In this document: positions 41,035-51,035 of the stretch, piece after piece
How positions within the stretch are numbered: position 1 is the first letter of the stretch
Layout: each line of letters begins with the position of its first letter
Origin: Balanoglossus misakiensis
Taxonomy: Eukaryota; Animalia; Hemichordata
NCBI GenBank assembly: GCA_040954595.2
Contig: CM082582.2
Span: 1,534,303 to 1,598,302, forward strand
DNA: 64,000 bases
Direction of reading: 5' to 3'
Made by a program: the position numbers and the translations under genes
The notes under the pieces: generated by a model
Told to the model about the DNA's origin: nothing
The model's input: the letters and a program-made list of their open reading frames with translations, nothing else
Databases searched by the model: none

Positions 41035-43571
41035 TGGATTGACCACTGTGTTACCACTAAAATTTTTTATAGCAATGTTCTTTCAATTTCGAGTCTTTGC
41101 AATGTTGTTGACTCAGACCATATTCCTGTTTCAATAGAGGTTCATTTCAACACTTCTGCTGATGAATGCTTCAGCAGTAGTTCCTTCAAGCAATGTAATT
41201 TTCGAGTTGATTGGAAAAAATTGTCACAGCAGAATATATCCGCCTACACCCGTTGTACCAAAGCCAAGGTTGATAAGATTAATATATCCGAAGAGTTATT
41301 CTGCACTAATGTGAACTGTACATACCCTTCGCATTTACAGGCAATTGATACTTGTTATAGTAGTGTTGTGGACGCATTGAATTGTGCTGCAAAAGATACC
41401 ATTAGGCGTAAGTTTCACCAGAAAGTTCATGTTGTGCCTGGCTGGAACGATTTTGTAAAAGAAAGTCACGACTATGCCCGTTCCATGTTTTTATTATGGG
41501 TTAATGGGGGTAAACCTTAACAAGGCCCGCTTTTTGAAACCATGAAATCTTCCAGAGCTCGTTTTAAGTATGCTTTACGTGCTTGTAAAAAGATTGAGAA
41601 TCAAAATAGGGCTGACAAGATGGCTGACAATTTACGCTGCCACAAACAGAACGACTTCTGGAAGGAAGTCAGAAAGCAAACTAGCAGAAAAATGCCGCTT
41701 TCTGACACTGTAGGTGGAGCGACTGGTGAGAGTGAAATTGCAATTATGTGGCACAAGCATTTCAGTGATATTTTGAATTCTGTCCAGGCTCAGACTGGTA
41801 AAAATGACATCGAGGAGAAAATGAAGTATGTTAAATTTTCTTCTGATATGTATGTTTCTGAAGAAGAAGTAATTTCTGCTATACATAAGTTACCTGACGA
41901 TAAGACAGCTGGCATTGACAATATTTCAGCTGAGCACCTCAAATTCTCAGACTCCTCTATTTTACCCATTTTGACTTGATTGTTCATGGTTACCTGCAAA
42001 CTGAGGCTATCAAAGTTATTTTAGTTCCAATTAAGGATAAAACTAAGCTTTGTAGTGATGCCAGTAACTACCGGCCGATAGCACTAGCAACTGTTTTCTC
42101 TAAAGTTTTTGAGCCTATTTTACTTTCTCGTTGTGAGGAGTTTCTTACCTCTCATTATTTACAATTTGGTTTCAAGCGAGAACATTCAACTGACCTGTGT
42201 TTATTTGCATTTAAAGAAATCATTAGCTACTACACCAGCAATGGAAGACCAGTGTTTACTTGTTTTCTGGATGCTTCAAAAGCTTTTGACAGAGTTAATC
42301 ACTTTAAACTGGTTAACAAGCTCATCGACAGGAATGTTCCCTTGTATGCTGTACGAATTTTATATTAAAGGTCCCATGCCATGCCCTATACAACCACGCG
42401 TAAAATCACTATTTGGGTCTTGAAGTTAACGTATGTTACTATCTTGCAATGCGTTTTGCCCCTTGTGCTTAGATAACAAGCAAGTAAAAGTGGCGGGTGG
42501 GCGTGTACCCCTAACCCAACTCAGTCGATTTTTTTTGGCTTTTCGAAGTTAAGCCGAAGACTTATCTTGATGTGGACAAATAGTCTTTCACACCTTTGTA
42601 AATCCTCTGCCTGCAATGTGAGGCAAGGGCTTCCTTTGCTTTGAACACTGTTTATATAGCTTATCTTTGTCTGTGGACTTAATTACTCATGGACCGATAA
42701 TTACACTTTACTGTAAACAGAATGGTACACTACGACATAGTGTACTTGTTTGTCCATATGCAAATACCTTCGCCTGGCTCGAGTGCGAAGTGGCTCCCCG
42801 ATCACAGGCATGAAAAAAGGTGGCAAATTCCGGCATTCGTGCACATTTTTCGGAACCGACACAATAGGCAATGCATAGACAGGTACCCTAGGTGAGCTTT
42901 TGACGTGGAAAAATGAAAACTTTCCAAAGCATGACATGTGACCTTTAATGGTACAGAAATCAATTGTTTACTGTGTTGTGGGGTAATGAAACCTCAGAGT
43001 TGTTTTCTGTTTCTAACTGTGTAAGACAAGGGGGAGTACTCTCTCCCTATCTTTTTAATGTCTACATTGATGATCTTATCAATGCACTCTGTAAAGCCAA
43101 AGTTGGCTGTACCATGTGTGGTGTCAGCGCTAACACTTTAGGTTACGCTGACGACATGACTCTACTCAGTCCAAGTATTAAGGGTCTACACCGTCTTCTT
43201 AGAATTTGTGAAATTTATGGCAAGGATTATGATATAATTTATAATTCTAGTAAAACTGTGTGCATGCTTTTTAATGGGAAGAATATGAGCGTTCAAAGAA
43301 TTCCTTCGGTTAAACTTAATGACATCACTTTAAAGTTTGTACCTGTACACACCTATCTGGGCCATGTTATATCTTGTGAGGGTTGTGATAATGAAGATAT
43401 TGAACGACAGAGAAGAGCATTTTGTGTTAGAGCAAACATGCTATTGAGACATTTTCAACATTTTAGTCAAGATGTGAAGAAAGTTTTATTTTTGGCATAT
43501 TGTAGTAATATTTACTGTTGCAGTTTGTGGGCATCCTTTAAAGTAAAACCGATGAAAAAATTTAAAACAGT
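41035..43571 (+). pseudogene. Degenerate non-LTR retrotransposon ORF2 (APE endonuclease C-terminus + reverse transcriptase), RTE-X-like; truncated at both ends and split by a MITE
   Basis: APE motifs WIDHCV (41035) and SDHIP (~41113). RT motifs NYRPIAL, QFGFK, FLDASKAFDRVNH, VRQGGVLSPYLFNVYIDDL, YADD and YLG. In-frame stops at 41518 and 42366 and a frameshift at ~41975. The clade call is from motif recall only. Confidence 0.92.
42369..42944. mobile_element. Non-autonomous TTAA-specific DNA transposon (Kolobok-like) family C inserted in the LINE RT
   Basis: TSD TTAA at 42365-42368 and 42945-42948. 16-bp TIR AGGTCCCATGCCATGC / GCATGACATGTGACCT (2 mismatches). Removing the element rejoins the RT frame (...VRILY*WYRNQLFTVLWG...). 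Confidence 0.9.
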
Positions 43572-44276
43572 GGACTTTGACCCTAAGTCGCTAATGTTGT
43601 GGGAGGTTTCATTAGCATTGTAGTCACATGTAGTGGATAGTAGTTTGGGAAATTGGCTGAAATACGTCAGCAGACCAGTGATTTTCTTGCACGACAGGAG
43701 TATGGTACCAGCAATAATCAGAGATCAGGCTTCGTTGCCGTTCAAAAGTTCCTACTTCAGTCGTGATGTTGCAACTGGACGTTCAGTATGGGGGTCGGCC
43801 CGCAGGTGGCCGTGTGGGTTATCAGGTCGCCCGTAACGGCACGCAGCTACATGCAGCTGTATGGGACTAAAATAATACACCCGATTCGGGTGTCACCTGT
43901 GACACCTGCATAACTCAATAATTATGTGCATGCGTAATTGTGGGGTCAATGAAAGGGGTGGTAGCGTGCTATTTGTTGCACATGGATCAATATGAAGTCC
44001 GATTTTCCCGTCAAGTTGTGGGCGACCTTATGTGACCTTTCACCTACTTTTGCTTAGTGAGCATCCACAGCAGATGCATGCAGCTTTGGCTTGGGAGGGG
44101 GGGGGGCATATACGGATGGGACCATAATGATATACCAAAGGCGGGGTCGTCTGTTGCACCTGCCTAAGTCATTGATTTTGTACATTTAATTAGACACTAA
44201 CCAACAGGGCGATAGGTGTGGTTTTTGTTCCACAGGGACGAATGTAAGTGTCAGTTGGTTTTTGCCCAAATGTCCA

Positions 44277-45128
44277 TTGAGGCCTGTATCCGTGATCTTA
44301 AGGACTGGATGACCCAAAACAAGCTTCAACTCAACGACTCCAAAAACTGAGATTCTACTTATTCGTTCACAATTTCATCACTCTGCTGATGCTATTGACA
44401 AGATTACCATTGGTTCAAGCTCTGTTCCCGTCGTTAAATCAGCTCGCAATATTGGTGTAATATTTGACAATACGCACATGTATAAAGATCACATCAAGAA
44501 AACTTGTCAATCAATATATTACCACTTTCGCCGTGTCGGACAAATCAGGAAATTTCTTAACAAAGCAACATGTCAAACAGTGATTCATGCTATTTTGGCA
44601 GCGAAACTCGACTATGGTAATGCATTACTGTATGGTATACCAGAACGCAGTCTGAACCTTCTACAACGCACACAAAATACAGCTGCAAGAATCATAACTC
44701 GGTCCAGGAAGTCTGCCCATATAACGCCAGTTCTTCAACTTCTTCATTGGTTACCAGTTCGCCACAGGATAGAGTATAAAATAAATCTGCTCACATACAA
44801 AGCCTTAAATAATCTCGCTCCGAACTATATCCGCGATCTCATTCGGACATATTCTCCTGGTCGCAGGCTTCGTTCAGCTAATAAGAGCCTTTTATGCACT
44901 ACAATGTACAAACGTTCTTCATACGGTGGCCGAGCATTCTCTCATGCTGCAACGAAACTGTGGAACATTCGTCAAGCTCCAAGTTTGAGTATCTTTAAGA
45001 AAAGACTGAAGACGCATTATTTCGCAAGAGCATATGGTGTGGGCCAATGAGCACAAGCGCCTTTGAGTATGACACTTGTTATAGATACTGGCGCTATACA
45101 AATTTCTCTGATTGATTGATTGATTGAT
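44277..45128 (+). mobile_element. 5'-truncated L2-clade LINE: ORF2 C-terminus, 3' UTR and (ATTG)n tail
   Basis: ACIRDLKDWMTQNKLQLNDSK/TEILLI...ARNIGVIFD...KLDYGNALLYG...QNTAARII...HITPVLQLLHWLPV...RRLRS, with a +1 frameshift in the A-run 44342-44346 and stop at 45050. The 3' UTR AAGCGC...GCGCTATACAAAT followed by (TGAT)5 is typical of L2 tails. Confidence 0.92.
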
Positions 45129-45937
45129 GTATAAGGTGATTTGGATGACCTCTGTCATAGAGTGCCATATCTCATCCCGTTGTACAGGTGCAGCTTTGGT
45201 ATTTGGAGGGATGAAACTATCATGAAATGCCAAATACAGGGGGATACCTTTGACACCTGCTTGATTCATGTATTACGTGCATACCTAATGTTAGGCAAAG
45301 TGAAAGGGCTGCAAATGTAGGATTTGTTGCACAAGACATAAACAGGAATGAAATTTTTCTGTCAAATTTTTGAATGACCTCAGGTGTCCATTGACCTGCT
45401 TTCCATATGTTAGCATGCACATCATATATAGCCACGTGTTTGGAGGGGTAGGGTAGGACCGTCATGAAATGCTAAATTCCTAGGGCCACCTGTAACTTAC
45501 TTGCGTAACTCATTATTATGGCCATACCTAATTTTAAAAACCCAAAGGGCGAGAATTTTCCGTTGTCTTGAATATGAACCAAATAGGAATCCAAATTTTT
45601 GGCCCAATTTTTGGGTACCCTCAGCTGACCTTTGAAGTACTTAACTGAAGTCCTTACATATCGTAGAAGTTCACTTGTGGTTGTTGTGTTTGTACTTGTA
45701 GGACATCCATTTCGGGTGGTTGCCTACTTCCCCATATCTCCACATCCAGAGCAAATACAGCCTACGCAATTGAATGGTACAACCCTGAATGGAGTCTAAT
45801 GGTTATTATCTCTATGCTTGGGCCCCTTCAATGCTGCTTGGAGCTTTAATTATTACTATTATTATTGTCACGATATAAAGACACCAACTAAAAACTTACA
45901 AAATCACAATGTCTTCACAACTCAAAATTTCACTCAC

Positions 45938-47029
45938 TTCTTTTAGTTTGGTAGCCACCCCTCCTTTCTGTCCTAGCATAACAGGAGCACCATCACTGCC
46001 CAAAGCAGACAGACGATCTCTTAAGACAATACCATTCTCTGAAGAAAACTCTTTCACTAACTGTGCAATTGTGTCTGCTCTGCCATCACCAACCTAAAAC
46101 AGTGAAAATAAAACCTTGATGTTAACACATGCAATGTACAACTCAATGTTTGTCTCACCTGAAATAACTAGTCAGCAAAATCAATTAAATGAGGTCACTC
46201 AAAAACATGTTTAATCGTATGTTTTTAATTCAGTGTAGACTTCAAAATTGAAAAACTTTCCACTTACTTCTTTAACTCCAAGGAAAGACACAACTGACTT
46301 CCCAGACTTCAAGGTGTACTTGGAATAGATGATTAATTGCTTCAATACAGCCACATCAGTTGTTTTCATCTATTAACAGTGAATAGAAGTTACTTCCTTT
46401 CATCTTCTCTAAAATCTCATCACGGATGACTTTGCCTGAAAAATGAAATAAATGAAAATTACTCTTCAGATTAAACTTATCAAAATTCACAGTAATTTGT
46501 ACAGTAATTATTCTTTATTGAGTGTAACACTATTGCTTAAACAGTGATCCTTTCTTGAAAACAACCAGGTTTAAATAAATGTTACTACATTGCCTACAAT
46601 TTAGATCTGCACAAAAATCAGTAGACCTACTTACCAATGCAATAAACCATTATAGTTGTGGTCATCACTGCTGAGAGTACCAAGGAATGAACACCCGAGG
46701 GACTTTGCCAATTCCAAAACATGGATGAAGTTGGTGGTGTGCGGCAATTCTCTGTGCATGAGAAAATACATGCATCGTAGGACGCCGATGCATGAAGGCT
46801 TGCGTCTCAAAGGTGATGACCTTGTCAAATGCAGCCACAAGACCGCTGCTGTTCTCGATAACTGCTGCCTCGGCGTCAAGCTGCATTGCCGCCCGGTCGA
46901 TAATCGTCTCTTCATGCTGCTTGAGTTTGTCTTCGCGAAGGGTGGTACATGTACATGGAGATGTTGTAACCCAAGTCCCTCCGCACTTGGCCTTCTGCTT
47001 GTGTTTTGTACAAAGGCGACAAAACATCC
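45938..47029 (-). pseudogene. Spliced, frameshifted hAT-superfamily transposase (ZNF862-like), three exons, C-terminal part missing
   Basis: Exon 47029-46635: MFCRLCTKHKQ...W...PC...LREDKLKQHE zinc-finger-like region and LRCMYFL...PHTTNF. Exon 46435-46268: KVIRDEILEKMKGSNFYSLLIDE/TDVAVLKQLIIY (first catalytic Asp). Exon 46093-45938: DGRADTI...ALGSDGAPVMLGQKGGVATKLKE (second Asp). GT-AG boundaries are present. A CAG-starting possible terminus lies at 47215. Confidence 0.88.
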
Positions 47030-47304
47030 CTAAACTGAATAAATATCATTCTCTCAAATGCCAGCCGCATGCGGGAGCGTGCACCAGAAACAATAAATAT
47101 TTACCAAGGCGGGAATGAAAAGAAAGCAGGGCGGCGCGTAAGATAGCAGGGTGGCAAAAAATAAAGGAGGGCGGGCCTGCCCAGCTAACCCCCCCCCCAA
47201 AGTATTAACGCTCTGTGTTTACCATAGACTAATAGTGTCTCAAATTTTACCCTGTGTGAACCTGGTAAGAGACGTGTCTCAAATCTGAGAAGATTCAGGA
47301 CCAC

Positions 47305-48114
47305 TTAAACCATTCACCAATAATAATTTATGCCAGTATTTGATCTGAGACGTTTTAGCAATTTCTTGTGTGACCCCCATATCAGTTGAAGCTGACAAAT
47401 CCAGTATTTTGAATTTTTACATGGATTTTGTATACAGTGTGAATTGTAATTAAAGCTCCATTACCTTTACCTTTTTCCTATGTTTTCAGTATCTTTGTTT
47501 AGCAGTTTCTTGTGCAAATTCCCGAAACATGATGAAACATATATGTGTATGGTCAGCATTGTTATTGTGCCAAATTGGAATTTAAGTCCAGACTAGAATC
47601 CATGAATTATTGTCAACAATGACAATGGCCATTATACACATACATTCTGTGCTGACAAGTAACAATCTGTGTGGAGTAGAACATGAAATCGCATTTGCTA
47701 CATAGAACAAAAATACTGGAAATAAAGCCAAAAGATACAACGAATGTATATTTAACTTTAACTGCATTCTCATTCTCATCTGTATATATTTTACTGAGAT
47801 TGTTTCATCAGGGTTTATCAGTATTCTAAACCAGCTTATGTGTGCATACAATCTGATTAAAATCAGATGTAGGGTACGGCGACATCTTTTACTTCGCAGT
47901 ACGGTATTCTTATACTGTCGCCTCACACTACATCTGACCAACTCCCATAGAAGCTCCCGTTGAAAACTCTAGTAAACCAATCAGACGGTGCCTTATAGAG
48001 AACTTTAGGTATCCTTCAGTTTTGATTGACATAACGTGCAATCTGATTGGCTTGGCCGCAACGGGACGTTGAACAAGCTTCTATATCTGATTCATATAAT
48101 ACTGAAAGGGTTAA
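47305..48114. mobile_element. Possible degraded piggyBac-like non-autonomous element
   Basis: Right end TGAAAGGG|TTAA (48103-48114) fits a CCC-TIR/TTAA element. The candidate left end TTAA|ACCATTCA at 47305 matches only imperfectly. Confidence 0.25.
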
Positions 48115-49056
48115 GAATGGCACACACTACATGTATGAGCTCATGGAATGTGTTTCTTCCCATAGGATAACATTAAGAATTGATAGAAAACCCTTTTCTA
48201 CTATTGTAATTTTAAGAAGTTTCACTCATAACTCATCCAAATGAAATTAAATTGAGTGATTCATATAAGTTGTAGGCTCACCACTGTGCTCAGTTTTGAG
48301 ATAAACTTAAATGTGTCCATGCCTATAGAAAAATAACATAGAAAGACCTATGGTGAAAAATGTTGACTTTAATTCAGGCTGCATTAGTGGAAAAATAATC
48401 ATACTTTGTCTGGCATAGAAACTCAGAATCTACAAAAAAGGCCTTTAAAACATGAATGGAAATGAAAATACTGCTACAATAAGAAATTCTTACCTTGAAT
48501 AAAGTATTTATTGGTACCACCACTTCCATAAAGAAACCACTTTGCTGGTGTAATGAGTTGTCAATCTGGGTTTGCTCATTGGCCTTGCTTTGAGTTCCAA
48601 TTCATGATGATGGTGTATTAGGACACTGGACTTGAAACAGGTGTATGCTGGTATTATACACGTTGAAAGTATTGTCATTCTTTTAATTGTGGATTTTTGG
48701 ATTATGCTGTGTATGTATAATGAGAATCCGTTAAAAATTGTAGGGGTCATTGCCCTTTTTAAAAAAAATACAGAGCCATGAATTTAGTTGATAATAGAAG
48801 AAATTTGCTGTCTCAGCATTTTTCACCAATGGTTTGTCTATGGGCGAAGATTTTAACGCAATTTATCTCATAATAGAGCTTGGTGACCACATAATTTTTT
48901 TTGACCAATGAATTTACGTTTACTTGACTGAGCTATGTGTAAAATTTCGTGAAAAAGACAATAGTAGAAGTTTGTTTTCTGGCAATTATCGATGTAATCC
49001 TTTCAGGAACAGACACACATGCACTGTTTATCAGTTTATGTTGTGCGTGTACATCC
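48115..49056. mobile_element. Non-autonomous DNA transposon family B (Kolobok-like), ~250-bp diverged inverted arms, TTAA TSD
   Basis: TTAA|GAATGGCACACACTACAT...ATGTTGTGCGTGTACATCC|TTAA. Arm 48115-48370 is the reverse complement of ~48820-49056. Confidence 0.75.
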
Positions 49057-49361
49057 TTAAATGGTATTTGCCTCTCATGCCTTCCAAATTGTGATTCTGT
49101 TCTAGTGTTTTTGTTAAGGGCGGTACCTAGATAAAATCTACCGGAGTACCCCAGTCACTCCGAATTAAAACAACAGAACAAGGCCAATGTCACAGTGGTC
49201 AGGCAGTCTACCAGAGTTCCCCAGTCATTTTACCGGGGTTCCCCTGGGTGTATCAATGTGGTTATATTAGGAGGTTATAGGAATATTAACGGGGTTCCCA
49301 AATCCATTACCAGTGTTCCCCGACCTTTGCAAAAACACTGTGTTCTTTTTATCCTCCACAG

Positions 49362-49575
49362 GAAGAGACAAAGAAAAGCATAGCAACCTCTGCTGATACT
49401 GCCACAACAAGCACAAGCACAAACACACCCCAGCCTGTAGCTTCTGCGAACCAACAACCCCCACCCTATCCAGCCGCAGCATACCAGCAACACTTCCAGC
49501 AGATGTCATACCCGAACCCATTCGTGTCTCAGTACGCTGCGTTTGCAGGAGCCGGACAGCCGCCACGATATAACA
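49362..49575 (+). other. Orphan exon-like coding fragment (S/T/P/Q-rich, PPPY motif)
   Basis: Polypyrimidine tract + CACAG acceptor, then an open frame EETKKSIATSADTATTSTSTNTPQPVASANQQPPPYPAAAYQQHFQQMSYPNPFVSQYAAFAGAGQPPRYN. It is cut off by the tandem array that follows. Confidence 0.5.
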
Positions 49576-49584
49576 TCAATTATA

Positions 49585-51035
49585 TTTGTTTTCTGAAAAT
49601 GCCTATTGTTGACCAAAAGATGGCTAAATGGCAATTTTGTACTGAGCGGGGTGTCTCAATAAGACCGTTGTGCTGGTATCAGCATATTTTTTGCACACAC
49701 ACACACACAAAAAACGAATTTACATACATCACAAGGGCTCTGAATATAAAGGAATAAGTTTGTATTTATTTTTTCTAACAGTTACCTTTTTGAGCAAAGA
49801 GGCCAAAATGATATTTTTTTCCCTCAGTGGGGTCAGTAAGAGTGGGTTTTTTAGTACTTTTATTTATCATTTGATCACCAATGGGAAGAAAATGGCATAA
49901 TTTTCGTATTTTCTAGAAATGACACTTTTTGGGCAAAAACTTGCCAAAAAGGCACTTTTATCTTGAGTGGCATCAATAAAACTGCTTTTTTGGAAACTTT
50001 TCACATACAGTGGGCATATAATTCATTATCAGATCTCCGAAAGTGAAGAAAATATATAAATTTTGAGTGTTTTCTGAAAATGACGTTTTGGGGGCAAAAA
50101 GTGGCAAAATGGCATTTTTTCTTGAGTAGGATCAATAAGACTGCTATTTCTGGAATCAGCACCATTTTTTACATAGGATGAACATTTCATATATCACATG
50201 ATCTCTGAGCTTTATGAAGAAAAGTTTGTTTTTAATTTTTTTTCTAAAAATGGCCTTTTTGGGCAAAAACTTTCCAAAAGGGCATTTTTGCATTAGGTTG
50301 GGTCAATAAATCTGCTTTTTTCGAATAATCACCAGATTTTACATAGGGTGGGCATATAATACATTATCAGATCTCCGAAAGTGAAGAAAATATATAAATT
50401 TTGTGTGTTTTCTGAAAATGACGTTTTGGGGCAAAAAGTGGCAAAAATGGCATTTTTTCTTGAGTAGGGTCAATAAGACTGCTATTTCTGGAATCAGCAC
50501 CATTTTTTACATAGAATGGACATTTCATATATCCAATGATCTCTGAATATGATAAACACAATTTATTTTTAGTTTTTTTGTAAAAATGACCTTTTTTGAC
50601 CACAAAAAGTGGCCAAAAATGGCATTTTTGTATTGATTGAGGTCAAAAAGACTGCTTTATTTTTTAAAGTCACCACTTTTAACATAGAATTGACTTTCCA
50701 TATATCACCAGATCAATCATTATGAAGAAAACCGTGTGTTTTATTTTTTTTCTAAAAATGACGTTTTTGGGGCAAAAATTGGTCAAAAAGGCAATTTTCT
50801 GTTGTTTTGGGTCAATCGAACTACTTTTTTCGTAATATTCACCAAATTTTACATAGAATAAGCATATCATATGTTATCAGATCTCAGAATGTGACGAAAA
50901 CAATGTGTTTTTAGTGTTTTCTAAAAAAGACCATTTTGGGGTTAAAAATGGCCAAAATGGCAATTTTGTCTTGAGTGGGGTTAATAAGACTGACTTTTTT
51001 GGAATGAGCACCATTTTTTACATAGAATGGACTTC
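49585..51035. repeat. Short diverged tandem array, ~169-bp unit (~9 copies) with an incipient 338-bp dimer
   Basis: TTTCT.AAAATG.C anchors at ~49590, 49770, 49910, 50070, 50241, 50408, 50578, 50749 and 50918. GGGCATATAAT.CATTATCAGATCTCCGAAAGTGAAGAAAATATATAAATTTTG at 50012 and 50350. Confidence 0.85.

Larger units (their letters stand above)
40432..45855 (+). mobile_element. Helentron-associated non-autonomous element (HINE/DINE-1-like) carrying nested insertions
   Basis: 5' subTIR AGGGGACCAAG (40435-40445) with partner CTTGGTCCCCT (40458-40468), then a (TTC)-rich tract. Diverged ~200-245 bp core repeats (40837 and 43572; ~44000, ~45355, ~45595). 3' subTIR CTTGGGCCCCT (45817-45827), a short GCTGCTTGGAGC palindrome and a T/A-rich end. 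This matches the established HINE architecture. Confidence 0.65.

Noticed and set aside
41632-42423. Additional ORFs overlapping the LINE
   Set aside because: Antisense or alternative-frame shadows of ORF2.
46656-47118. Plus-strand ORFs of 125 and 108 aa
   Set aside because: Antisense shadows of the minus-strand hAT transposase exon.
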